Positions 25,194 through 38,051 of a DNA stretch of 64,000 nucleotides are shown here, one piece after another. Made by a program: the position numbers and the translations under genes. The notes under the pieces are model-generated. The model saw nothing but the letters and a program-made list of their open reading frames with translations, was not told the DNA's origin and searched no databases. The DNA lies in contig OZ024753.1 of the NCBI GenBank assembly GCA_964016885.1, positions 14,508,001 to 14,572,000 on the forward strand. Reading direction: 5' to 3'. How positions within the stretch are numbered: the stretch's first letter is position 1; each line of letters starts with the position of its first letter. Source of the stretch: Eledone cirrhosa. Taxonomy: Eukaryota.

Positions 25194-28100
25194 ATCATCA
25201 TCATCATCAGGTTTAGCGTCCGTGTTCCATGCTTGCATGGGTTTGGACGGGGGTTTTCCCACTTGAGGCAAGAGTGGTTGTCTTGCTCGCATAGGACTGT
25301 CTGGCGGGTTTTCTACAGTTGGATGCCCTTCCTAACACCAACCACATTTACAGTGTGGGGCTGGGAGGTTTTTACCGTGTTGCCTACACGGCCACATTAC
25401 AGCGTGGACTGTCTGGCGGGTTTTCTACAGCTGGATGCCCTTCCTAACACCAACCACATTTACAGTGTGGGGCTGGGAGGTTTTTACCGTGTTGCCTACA
25501 CGGCCACATTTACAGCGTGGACTGTGTGTTTTTTGTCGTGACACCTACACGATCTCATTTGTTTCGGCCTGGATGTTGTGGGACCAACATAACTTTACAT
25601 TGAAAGGGGCGGTGTGGGTGGGGTGGAGGTGGTGGGACGGGGGTGTGTTTTGATAGAGATGCCTACTGACTGTAGTAGGTTTTTACTTTGTATTTAGGTA
25701 AGGCGGGTCTTCTCTATTACTGAGTACCGCCAAAGGTCTCGGTCCAGTGACATTGTCTTGGAGAGGTGTAAGCGTGTGAGGTCGGAATTTATCAGCTCGT
25801 CCCATGTTTTTCTGGGTCTGCCTACTCCGTGGCTACCGTCTATCTTTATTGCCCTGCACTTTGTTATACAGCTGTCGTCTTTCATGCGCATCACGTGACC
25901 GTACCAACGTAGCCTTCTCTCGAGTAAACAACATCTGATCCCTCTTATTTCTAATTTTTTCCTTAGTTCGTTTATGCTTTGCCGTTCACGTATATTACTA
26001 TTGCACATCCAGCGGAGCATGCAAGCTTCGTTCCTCTCTAGTCTGCGTATATCCTCTGCACACAATGCCCAGGTCTCACTGACATGCAGCATTGCTGTTC
26101 GTATGCAGGCATCGTATAACCTGCCTTTCATTTTTAGGGAGAACCCTCTAGCGGCTAATAGTGGTATAAGCTCTCTGAACTTTTTCCATCCAGTTCTGAC
26201 TCTAGCTACTGTACTTTCAGAGCACCCTCCCCCACTGCTGATTTTGTCACCCAGATAACGGAAGCTGTCCACTATTTCTATAGAACCCTCTGCGCAGTTG
26301 AAGGAGCTAGTATTTTGTGGGCACTTGCTGCTACTTATTGCACCAGAGCACCGGCCACATGTAAAATCTATGTTCTTAGTTAGCTTACCTGTGATCCCAC
26401 TACATCTTTTATGCACCCATACTTTGCATTTGGGACATAAAATGGAGTTTCTACCTACGCCTTTCCTACACACTGAGCATGGCCATTTCCCCGATGGGAC
26501 CGCCGCCTTATTTTCTTTCCTACAAACTAGAACTTTAGTCTTAGCCAGGTTAATTTTAAGGCCTTTTGATTCTAGGCCGTGCTTCCATGTTTGGAATTTC
26601 TTCTCTAGTTCGGTCATTGATTCAGCTATGAGCGTTAGATCATCTGCGTATAGGAGTTCCCATGGGCAGCCGGTCTTGAACTCCTCTGTTATAGCCTGAA
26701 GGGCAATAATAAATAGTAGGGGGCTAAGAACAGAGCCCTGATGGACACCAACTTTTACGCTAAACTCTTCACTATATTCGTTGTTAATTCTAACCTTACT
26801 GACTGTTTCTTTATACATGGCTTGTATAGCTCTCACAAGCCATTCGTCAACACCTAGTTTTCTAAGAGACCACCAGATAATGGAACGGGGGACTCTGTCG
26901 AAGGCTTTCTCCAAGTCGACGAAAGCTAAGTATAGGGGTTTACTTTTAGCTAGGTACTTCTCCTGTAGTTGTCGTACAATGAAAAGAGCGTCTGTGGTAC
27001 TTTTGCCTGACACAAACCCGAACTGCATTTCATCTAGATCAATTCTCTCTCTGATTAGTTGCGCTATTACTTTTTCCGTGACCTTCATGACCTGGTCGAT
27101 TAATTTAATGCCTCTATAGTTACTCCTATCTAGGGCATCTCCTTTTCCCTTATAGCAGTTAACGATGATGCTGCTACGCCATTCCTTCGGAACAACCCCA
27201 TTCTGTACGACTTGGTTAACTATCCGGGTGACCATGGTGTGTCCCACCGAACCAGATGCCTTCAGCATCTCAGCAACTATTTCCGAAGGCCCAGCCGCCT
27301 TACCCGTCTTCATATCTTTGATTGCCTTACTTATTATACTACCTTCAACTAACACTGCTGGTCCCTCTATTGGATCGATCTGGGGGAGACTGTCTTTCTC
27401 CCATTTGTTCTGCTCATTTAGAAGCCTTTCGTAGTGACACTTCCAAGCTACCTTCTTATCAGCGTCGGTGATGGCAAGTACGCCATCATCGTTAAGTACA
27501 CACTTCTCCCCGACAATATCACGGTTTTCCTTGACACATTGCCTGGCAATCCTGAACACCTCACGCTTTTGGTCCTCACGTTGTAGAACATGCTTGAACT
27601 TTCTTTCCTCTGCTTCCCTTCTTGCGAAGTACACTTGTCTCCTAGCTTCCCTCCTGGCCACTTGATAGTCTTCTCTACTTCCCCCATCCCGCCATACTTT
27701 CCAAGCCTGCTTTTTGGCCTTAATTGACTCCTCCACCTTACTGTTCCACCACCATGTTACTCTCCTCCTACCTACAGGCCTGCTCCAGCCACAGACTTCG
27801 TCTGCCGCCGTCAGCAGGTTTGCTCTCAGGAATTCCCACTGTTCCTCTATATTATACGACTCTAATTGCTCTTCCTTACTGTCGAAAGCGTCAAGTAATA
27901 TGCTTTGAAATTTATTTCTGGCTATGGGGTCCTTTAGCTTCCATATTTTTCTCCTGAGGATAGTCCTCTTCCGCTGTCTAGTACGTCTCGTCCTGACTAT
28001 GAGGTCGCTAATTATCAGTCTATGTTGGGAGGTGAATTCTTCATGGGGGTGGGATTTAGTGTTAACAACAGACACTCTGTCACGTCTTCTGGTAAGGATA

Positions 28101-28279
28101 TAATCTACCTGGCTTGTGTGTTCCCCCGATCTATAGGTGATCAAGTGATTGTCTCGTTTTTTGAAGTTAGTGTTACAGATAGTTAAGTTATTTGCGTCGC
28201 AGAATTCCAGGATTCTGGAGCCTTCCTCATTTCTAGTACCGAACCCATAGCCTCCATGGATTCCGTCATAGCCGTCACA

Positions 28280-28282
<3 letters not shown>
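25194..28282 (-). mobile_element. RTE-clade LINE family A, 3.1 kb, 5'-truncated, young
   Basis: Open APE-RT frame, 3' UTR with an internal duplication, (CAT)n tail, flanked by TA-rich microsatellite. Confidence 0.95.
25694..28282 (-). CDS. RTE LINE ORF (C-terminal part of APE endonuclease, reverse transcriptase, embedded PHD finger), 5'-partial, 862 aa
   Basis: [57 protein letters not shown] (26639-26650), [14 protein letters not shown]. The upstream part of the track ORF is microsatellite. Confidence 0.93.
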
Positions 28283-28348
<66 letters not shown>

Positions 28349-28534
28349 CATACACATATGCTTATATATATATATATACATATACATACATATATACATA
28401 TACATACATATATATATACATATACATATATATATACATATATATATACACATACATATATATATACACATACATATATACATATACATATACATATGCA
28501 CATACATATATACATATACATATATACATATATA

Positions 28535-28938
28535 CAGTATTCACGTATCGAGACAAAAAAAAGGGGAGGATAGGTGATACATATAGTTATTTGCCAAGTA
28601 GCGTATGCCAAAGGTGCTCGATACTAGTGCCGGCAGTATTAAATATTCGAAGTGTTAATATTTAGTGGGCTAGAGAGTTAGCAGAGCGTAAGCACGTGGG
28701 ACAGTAAGAAATCAGAGAATAGACAGTTAAATCATGTTTATTTAAAACAGCACCTACGTACGTTTCCCCCAGTTGGGCTTCTCAAGGGCATAAATAATCA
28801 AAAGTGTTCTTTACATTGCTCGGAAAGAGTTTTTGGGGTTAAATCCACGTCAAGGTTCATTGCTCGCAAAAATAGCTTGTTTTGATGTTGCAGCAGGTCA
28901 AGGGACGTCCCTTGACCTGCTGCAAAATGAAAACAAGC
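28535..28938 (-). mobile_element. Penelope-like non-coding element with a variant hammerhead (28750-28789), a 3' bulged hairpin (28616-28687) and a terminal palindrome (28875-28938)
   Basis: The minus strand reads GCCC-TTGAGAAG-CCC/GGG-GAAA-CGTACG-TA-GGTGC. A perfect 38-bp palindrome lies at 28888-28925. Confidence 0.55.
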
Positions 28939-29546
28939 AGACCGGGTGATGTGTTGTTTCCTTGAGCAAGACACTTTATTTCACAATGCACCAGTTTACT
29001 CAGCTGTAAAAATGAGATGATAGGGACTAGGGTCCAAATCATTCCACTGCAATGTGGTCGTGGCGGTGCCACGGCAAAATAGCACCCAGCACTCACTGTA
29101 AATGAGGTTGGTGTTAGGAAGGGCATCCAGCTGTAGAAATCAAGCCAGAATCAGTTCCCGTCCCAGGGAAAAGCAGACGTAAAATGAAATGATGATGATG
29201 ATATATATATATTACATATATATATCATCATCATCATTTTATGTCCGCTTTTCCCTGGGACGGGAACTAATTCTGGCTTGATTTCTACAGCTGGATGCCC
29301 TTCCTAACACCAAACTCATTTACAGTGAGTGCTGGGGGCTTTTTTGCTGTGGCACCTCCACAACCACTTTGCAGTGGAATGATAGGGACCCCAGTCCTAT
29401 CATCTCATTTCTACTGCTGAGTAAACTGGAGCAATCTGAAATAAAGTGTCTTGCTCAAGGAAAAAACACATCACCCGGTCTGAGAATTGAACTCACAACC
29501 TTTCGATTGCATAGCCAATGCTCTAACCACTAAGCCATGTGCCTCC
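28939..29546. mobile_element. Tail-to-tail inverted SINE S2 pair (28939-29200 +, 29224-29546 -)
   Basis: Both match the S2 consensus and are separated by about 25 bp of TA repeat. Both carry the same short tail deletion (TCCCAGGGAAAAG). Confidence 0.9.
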
Positions 29547-29597
29547 ATATTTATATATATATACATATATATAATATATATATATATACATACATAT

Positions 29598-29631
<34 letters not shown>

Positions 29632-29777
29632 CATACATATATATATATATAATATATATATATAATATATATATATACATATATATATATAATATATATA
29701 TATACATATATATATATATAATATATATATATAATATATATATATACATATATATATATATAATATATATATACATA

Positions 29778-29858
<81 letters not shown>

Positions 29859-30054
29859 ATATATATATATATAATATATATATATATAATATATATATAT
29901 ATATATACATATATATATAATATATATATATACATACATATATATATAATATATATATATATATACATATATATATAATATATATATATACATACATATA
30001 TATATAATATATATATATATACATACATATATATATAATATATATATATATATA

Positions 30055-30101
<47 letters not shown>

Positions 30102-30980
30102 TATATAATATATATATATACATACATATATATATAATATATATATATATACATACATATATATATCATCATCACCGTTTTACGTCCGTTCTTCCACGCT
30201 AGCATGGGTTAGACGGGTTGTCCTGTTGTGGGCAGTGTCTGGTCGGCTGACCATGCCTTGCTCATACAGGAACTGATCTGGCTTGATTTCTACAGCTGGA
30301 TGCCCTTCCTAACACCAACCTCATTTACAGTGAGTGCTGGGTGCTTTTTCGTGGCGCCTACACGTCCACTTTACAGTGTGGGCTGGGTGCTTTTTTGCCG
30401 TGGCACCTCCACGACCACCTTGCGGTGGGTGGGGTGGGGGGGGGGGGCGCATATTATTTATATACTTCAGCATGTACCCATGGGAAGTCGGGTACCCTGT
30501 ATTACTGTGTGACGCCAGAAGGTACGGTCGTGTGTCATTGTCTTTGAGAGGTGTAGTTGGGTAAGGTCGGCTTTTATCACCTCATCCCAAGTCATCTTGG
30601 GTCTCCCCACTCCGCGGTTTCCATCAACTTCTAGTGCTCTGCACCTTTTTATGCAATATATATATATAGTATATATATATATAGTATATATATATATAAT
30701 ATATATATATATACATATATAATATATATACATACATATATCTATATATATAATATATATATATATACATATATAATATATATACATTCATATATCTATA
30801 TATATAATATATATATATATACATATATATAATATATATATATACATACATATAATATATATATATATACATACATATATATATATATATATATAATATA
30901 TATATATATATGTATATATATACATACATGTATATATATATACATATATATATATATATAATATATATATATACATATAT

Positions 30981-31020
<40 letters not shown>

Positions 31021-31029
31021 CATATATAA

Positions 31030-31069
<40 letters not shown>

Positions 31070-31308
31070 CATATATAATATATATATATATATATACATA
31101 TATATATACATATATATATATACATATATATAAACTATATTATATATAATATATATACATACATATATATACATATATATATATATACATACATATATAT
31201 ATACTATATTATATATAATATATAATATACATACATACATATATATATATATAGATATATATATATATTATATATATATATAATATATATATATATAATA
31301 TATATATA

Positions 31309-31339
<31 letters not shown>

Positions 31340-31407
31340 ATATATAATATATATACATACATACATATATATATATATATACAATATATAATATATATAC
31401 ATATATA

Positions 31408-31452
<45 letters not shown>

Positions 31453-31485
31453 ATATATATATATATATAATATATATATATACAC

Positions 31486-31516
<31 letters not shown>

Positions 31517-31595
31517 ATATATATATATACACATATATATATATATACATATATATATATAATATATATATATACACATATATATATATATACAT

Positions 31596-31639
<44 letters not shown>

Positions 31640-31681
31640 TATATATAATATATATATATACACATATATATATATATACAT

Positions 31682-31749
<68 letters not shown>

Positions 31750-31805
31750 AATATACATACATATATATATAATATATATATATACACATATATATATATA
31801 TACAT

Positions 31806-31855
<50 letters not shown>

Positions 31856-31878
31856 CATATATATATAAATATACATAC

Positions 31879-31910
<32 letters not shown>

Positions 31911-31951
31911 CATATATACATTTATATAATATATATATATATATACATACA

Positions 31952-31995
<44 letters not shown>

Positions 31996-32361
31996 TATGT
32001 GTGTGTATATATATAATATATGTAATATATATATATATAATATATATATATATAAATATAATATATATATATAATATATACATATATATAATATATATAA
32101 TATATACATATAATATATATATATATAATATATATATAAATATATCTAATATATATAATATATATATACATATATATAATATATATATACATATATATAG
32201 TATGTATATATATACATATATATTATATGTATATATATAAACATATATATAATATATATAATATATATATATATATACATATATATTATATATATATACA
32301 AATATATATAATATATATATATACACATATATATATATATACAAATATATATAATATATAT

Positions 32362-32399
<38 letters not shown>

Positions 32400-32540
32400 T
32401 ATATACACATATATATATATATACACATTTATATAATATATATATATATTCATATATATAATATATATAATATATATATATATAATATATATATATACAT
32501 ATATAATATATACATATATATATATATAAACACATATACA
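29547..32540. repeat. Long (TA)n-dominated microsatellite, interrupted by a LINE at 30166-30655
   Basis: Direct dinucleotide repeats. Confidence 0.95.
30166..30655 (-). mobile_element. RTE LINE subfamily A2 3' end
   Basis: [31 protein letters not shown]; the 3' UTR is nearly identical to the SINE S2 tail. Confidence 0.85.
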
Positions 32541-32934
32541 TGTTTTATTTGCAGAAACATAATCAAATAAATTTGAAATACTTTTTTGTTCAAAAGAGGA
32601 ATCATGCAGCACAAAAGACCAACAAAGCACTGATCATTCCATTCGAATATTTCTTGTCTAAACTAAACTAAATCTCAAGCATATTTCTTGATGTTTAAAG
32701 TGGAGAGAGATAGAGCAAGCAATTAAATACAAAATTTCAAACAAACACAAATCTAATTAAACAAAATTAAATTAAATTAAGTTAAAAAAAAATTAGCTGT
32801 AATTTTTCTGCAAATGAAACTTGCCGCCATTGGCGACGAAAATAACAACAACAACAACAACAAAACAATTTTGCCTCAAGTGTCATGTTGACAGCATGAT
32901 TTAAAGAAAAAAGCAGAATTCAAATGAAGCTTCA

Positions 32935-32974
<40 letters not shown>

Positions 32975-33082
32975 TTGATGATGATGATGATGATGGGAAT
33001 ATGAGGACCACAATGTGCTGCTGTAGAATATATATATGTTCATTTGCATTCACACACACACCCATATATATATATATATTAA

Positions 33083-33271
33083 TTGTTTTTACTTTTGGCA
33101 CAAGGCCAGCAATTACCCCAGTGCATTACTGGTACTTTATTTTATCAACCCCATAAGGACGAAAGGCAAAGTTAACCTCGGCGGGATTTGAACTCAGAAT
33201 GGCAAGGGCTGTAACTCTCTGCGTCAAAGCATGGCGTGCGACCCTCTACCGATACTGCCAATCCACTGCCC
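33083..33271 (-). mobile_element. SINE S1
   Basis: Matches the S1 consensus. Confidence 0.88.
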
Positions 33272-33274
33272 ATC

Positions 33275-33314
<40 letters not shown>

Positions 33315-33317
<3 letters not shown>

Positions 33318-33570
33318 GGTATACATATCATAGGAGAGGAGAAAGGAGAGAGATACAGAGAGGTGCAATACAGATTACTAAATGCCAATAATTAAAGCAT
33401 GGTGTGCTCAATGCTTGAGTTACCAGAGTTAAATATTAGAGGAGGTTAATATTTAGCATATAGTTTATGCAGAGCGGGAATAAGCAAATAAATGAAGGGG
33501 TTAAAATTCGTTAAAACAAGTTCTTTATATAGCTCTTAACGGCTTGTAATTCCTTCATTCATTTGCTTAT
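33315..33570 (-). mobile_element. Penelope-like 3' fragment with a bulged hairpin (33406-33475) and a short inverted arm
   Basis: GCTC-TGC...GCA-TT-GAGC on the minus strand; inverted repeat 33480-33498 / 33552-33570; related to 28535-28700. Confidence 0.55.
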
Positions 33571-33584
33571 ATATATATATATAT

Positions 33585-34100
33585 ATATGAATAAAGTTAG
33601 TCCTTCATCAGTGATCTTCCAACCATCATTGGTATTTCATCGCTTTAAAGACCATATACCTCCGGTTGGTGCGAGCAATGGCTAAAAAAAGTCGTTGGGA
33701 CACGTAAATAAAGGAGACACGACTGTGTAAACAAACAAAGATGGTGAAGCAACGAAAAGTGAGGAAGAAGGAGTCAAGTCCCAAATTTCTATGAATTTAA
33801 ATTCGGTGAAATCGTGAATATTCTCTCTCGTTCACGATTTCACCGAATTTAAATTCATAGAAATTTGGGACTTGACTCCTTCTTCCTCACTTTTCGTTGC
33901 TTCACCATCTTTGTTTGTTTACACAGTCGTGTCTCCTTTATTTACGTGTCCCAACGACTTTTTTTAGCCGTTGCTCTCACCAACCGGAGGTATATGGTCT
34001 TTAAAGTGATGAAATACCAATGATGGTTGGAAGATCACTGATGAAGGACTAACTTTATTCATATGTAACCCATTAGCAACCCCGCAGCACGTTTATTCTC
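33585..34100 (+). repeat. 234-bp near-perfect inverted repeat (33585-33818 / 33831-34064, 12-nt loop) with a short unique 3' tail, in (TA)n
   Basis: Only about 3 mismatches between the arms by eye. Confidence 0.9.
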
Positions 34101-34116
34101 ATATATATATATATAT

Positions 34117-34415
34117 ATATTTATTAAAATAACAGATTCCCATTCTTTGCCAGCGAACGTTTCCACGAACCAAAGTATCGTCTTCCTCTCTTCCTCCGGT
34201 TGCAACGTTTTTTGAAATATCCACTTCTGCGTTTACAGATTGACTTTGTTAGTTTCAGAAGATCCCGTTAAGGGTGCAAGCAGAGATTCTTTGCTTAAAC
34301 TTTAATCTGTTATTTTAATAAATATTTGCTCTACGGTTCTTATATATTTGATATATATTTATCCTTATCGAGCCCTCTTTGGATTTTAGTCTTCAAATTT
34401 ATTATTATTACTATT
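34117..34415 (+). mobile_element. Penelope-like element (second copy at 61005-61359) with a variant hammerhead at 34251-34301
   Basis: AGTTT-CAGAAGA-T-CCC/GGG-T-GCAA-GCA/TGC-TT^-AAACT. Inverted arm at 34117-34138 and 3' hairpin at 34328-34373. Confidence 0.65.
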
Positions 34416-34551
34416 ATATATATATATCTGGGTCCAGAAATAGCCGTCAAAACGGCTTCAGCTCTGCCGTCGGGGTCATACATTTTCCTATTAGCCACTC
34501 TACTACCCTAAGTATTGGTCCATCTGATTCCTTACCACAACTCCTTCGTTT

Positions 34552-34601
<50 letters not shown>

Positions 34602-35329
34602 CATACATACATGCATAAACAAACAAACACACACAATTATATATTTTTGTAATTTTTGTACCCCCCTCTAAAAAATGATGGGGTTTATAACAGTAAAACT
34701 TATTCATAATTCTTGATTACAAATTTCTATGCCCAAACGACATGCAAAAGTACATGAACTCCAGCCACAGCTGGCTATTACCAGTGAATGTTTTGGTTCC
34801 CAACTTTGTGCAAGACATTTTAGATCATTGGCTGGGCTAAAAAGCCACATTTGATTGCAGCACCGTTAATTTTTAATATATATGTTGTTGTTTTTTTCAA
34901 TTATTCATATATATATATTTTTCATTTTTTTCATGCAATGGTCATACTCGATAATGAGGGGGCAGCCATCATGTATGTAAGTATGAATGCATCCATGCCA
35001 AAGGTAGAGGAACTCAGGAGAGTCAACGGCCATCCAATAAAGTATTTTTTTTTGTGGAACAAGGGACTCCTAGTCTTCATTAAGACATTTCTGTAGGAGA
35101 AGGTCACTCTGATATAAAACCTACGATTTCATTTGCATCCAATGATGTAGATCAGTTCTCCTTTTTCTGCAAATGCACTCCATGTTCAGAGATTTGTACT
35201 GGCTCCGTTGAAAGCCTTTCCTCACTTAAAAAAGCTTCAAGCTCAGACATCGCTTGATATGTGACATTTCTTTGCAATGCATGGCATTGCTGGCCATAAG
35301 CAGGACCCTAGGAGTACTACGAAGCCACA

Positions 35330-35500
35330 TATGTATGTGGGAGACTTCAATGTACATGTTGGCACTGATTACTTGACATGGAACAGTGATCCCTATTTAA
35401 ATACGAATGGAGAGAAGACTTAAAAGATTTCTAATAACAAATAATGGATACTCTGTTATGAACATTTTCTTCCAGGACAAAGACATCCATAAATTCCTTT
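35330..35500 (+). pseudogene. Ancient LINE apurinic endonuclease fragment
   Basis: VGDFNVHVG ... VMNIFFQDKDIHK motifs with frameshifts. Confidence 0.55.
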
Positions 35501-36228
35501 GACCCCCGAACAAAAATTAAAGGCAAAGTTTACCCCAGTTAAGATCGAAATAGGGATTCAGATTTGGACCAAATATCATTCTAATGATGTTCAAATGGTG
35601 ATTATGGTAATATAGTTAGGGAATAATGGTGATGTGATGGTGATGATGATGATGATGTTGGCCTTTGTGGTGGTGGTGGTGGTGATGGTGGTGGTGATGG
35701 TGGTGGTGATGGTGGTGGTGATGGTGGTAGCGGTGTGGTGGTAATAGTGATAATGATGCGGGTGGTGGTCGTAATTGTGGTGGTGGTGGGGCTGATGGTG
35801 GTGGTGGCGGGGCTGATGGTAGTGGTGTTGTGATAATGGTGATGATGATGCTGGCCTTCATGGTGGTGGTGATAATGGTGATGATGATGCTGGCCTTCGT
35901 GGTGGTGGTGGTGGTGGTGGTGTGGTGGTGATCAACATGTACATATAAGAAATAATAACAACACAATAATTATTATTGGTTAAACATCATTAATCTTATT
36001 TCTGAGAATTTAAATTTAATATGATGAAGACACACACACACACACACAGAATCGCATCTGCATACAGAGTCACCTATACAGGCATATGTACACATACATA
36101 CATAGTCACACACAAACACACACATAAAGTCAGATATCATACATAGTCACACACACACAATTATTATACATACACTTACATACTTAAAATCACATATACA
36201 ACAATATATATATATACACATTCATGAG

Positions 36229-36276
<48 letters not shown>

Positions 36277-36487
36277 TATTCATGAGCAGATATATATATA
36301 TAGAGAGAGAGAGAGAAAGAGAGAGCAACTATATACACCTTCTCTCTCTATATATATACACCCTCTATATATATACAGGCTTGAAAAAACAAAACACAAC
36401 AATGAAAAAAACTACCTCTAAAGACACCATCAATGTATCAGAAGATGCATTTGTATGTGACATATATAAAAAACAGAGAGGTTAGAA

Positions 36488-36501
36488 GTTACCATAGCAA
36501 C
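36488..36501. promoter_or_regulatory. Candidate RFX X-box
   Basis: GTTACCATAGCAAC matches the RFX consensus GTTRCCATRGYAAC in non-TE sequence. This is a motif match only. Confidence 0.3.
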
Positions 36502-36772
36502 ACAGCAACAGCCACAACAATAACAACAGCAACATTTCTAGCTAAACTCTTCTAAAAGCAGCATATTACATGCTCACAAGATTTTATTACTTTTTTTAAA
36601 TGTTATCTCCAAATCTTATTTGAAATTGGAAATGATATGTGTGAATATCTATAGTCTTTAAGAAGGGTGTGTCTATGTATATGTGTGTATGTGTATATAT
36701 ATATATAGTTATATATGTTGTATATCTGTGTATGTATGGGAGCGGGTATTTGTGGCGACTTTCTAGACTTTC

Positions 36773-36804
<32 letters not shown>

Positions 36805-36813
36805 TACATCTTA

Positions 36814-37143
36814 CATCATTTTTACGTCCGCTTTTCCCTGCTTGCAAGGGTGGGACGGGAACTGATGCTGGCATGATTTCTACAGCTGGATGCCCTTCCT
36901 AACACCAACCTCATTTTACAGTGAGTGCTGGGTGCTTTTGTGCCGTGGCACCTCCACGACCACTTTGCAGTGGAATGATAGGGACCCCAGGCCCTATCAT
37001 CTCATTTCTACAGCTGAGTAAACTGCAGCAATGTGAAATAAAGTGTCTTGCTCAAGGAAACAACACATCACCTGGTCTGAGAATTGAACTCACAACCTTT
37101 CGATTGCAAGGCAAATGCTCTAACCATTAAGCCATGTGCCTCC
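36814..37143 (-). mobile_element. SINE S2, full length
   Basis: Matches the S2 consensus. Confidence 0.9.
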
Positions 37144-37209
<66 letters not shown>

Positions 37210-37280
37210 TAGCCGTTGAAATGGCTTGAGCTCTGCCGTCAGGGTTAAACATTTTCATATATATATATATATATGTATGT

Positions 37281-37574
37281 ATGTATACAGACGTACAGTA
37301 GTATGTATATATATACATACATGCACACATATATATATATGCACATATCGGTTTACCGGTGCTCGGTTTGTCTGTAAACAAACAAACAGCCCGAATTACG
37401 CCGGTAAACCGATACGTGCATATATATATGTGTGCATGTATGTGTATATATATATATATATACTACTGTACGTCTGTATACATATATGTATGTACGTATA
37501 CATATAAACATACTTACATTTAAGTAACTGCCGTACTAAGAGTGAGAAATGAAATTTCGTTTCATTCTATTCCA

Positions 37575-37580
<6 letters not shown>
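37281..37580 (+). repeat. Inverted repeat (37281-37359 / 37401-37483) with a unique 3' tail, in microsatellite
   Basis: GTATACAGACGTACAGTAG...TATCGGTTTACCGG versus CCGGTAAACCGATA...CTACTGTACGTCTGTATAC. Confidence 0.7.
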
Positions 37581-37642
<62 letters not shown>

Positions 37643-37647
37643 TAGAG

Positions 37648-37832
37648 GTTTTAATATAGAAGAGCTTCTACAGGACTAGAACTGTTTCATTCGTGAGAAA
37701 TCACCATCATGATTTCTCACGACTGAAACAGTTCTAGTCCTGTAGAAGCTCTTCTATATTAAAACTTTTATACTCTGCTATGTATTGAGTACCTTACTTA
37801 CTGTGGTTACCTCCGATTCAACCCGGAATAAC
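37648..37832 (+). mobile_element. Penelope-like family C copy 1 (arms 37648-37703 and 37710-37765)
   Basis: Same family as 56703-56870 and 58339-58541. The inversion truncates the hammerhead core; 3' hairpin at 37772-37790. Confidence 0.7.
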
Positions 37833-37865
37833 ATATATATATATATGTATATATATATATATGTA

Positions 37866-37911
<46 letters not shown>

Positions 37912-38005
37912 CAAATATATATGTATGATTTAATACACAACTTATACACTCTATGTTTTTTAAGTTGAATAATATTCTTACTGGTTTGTAAGTAGTAACC
38001 TCTTA

Positions 38006-38051
<46 letters not shown>

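Noticed and set aside
28283-28507. N-terminal 75 aa of the 937-aa ORF as a true start of a full-length active LINE
   Set aside because: This segment is microsatellite fused in frame. The element lacks its 5' UTR and the N-terminal half of the endonuclease.
9459-32630. Many long Tyr/Ile/Met/Cys/His-rich ORFs
   Set aside because: They are translations of (TA)n/(TACA)n microsatellites, which lack stop codons in several frames.
34690-35290. Possible DNA-transposase or host exon remnant
   Set aside because: The sequence is more complex than its flanks, but I found no motif or sustained ORF that I can identify by eye.
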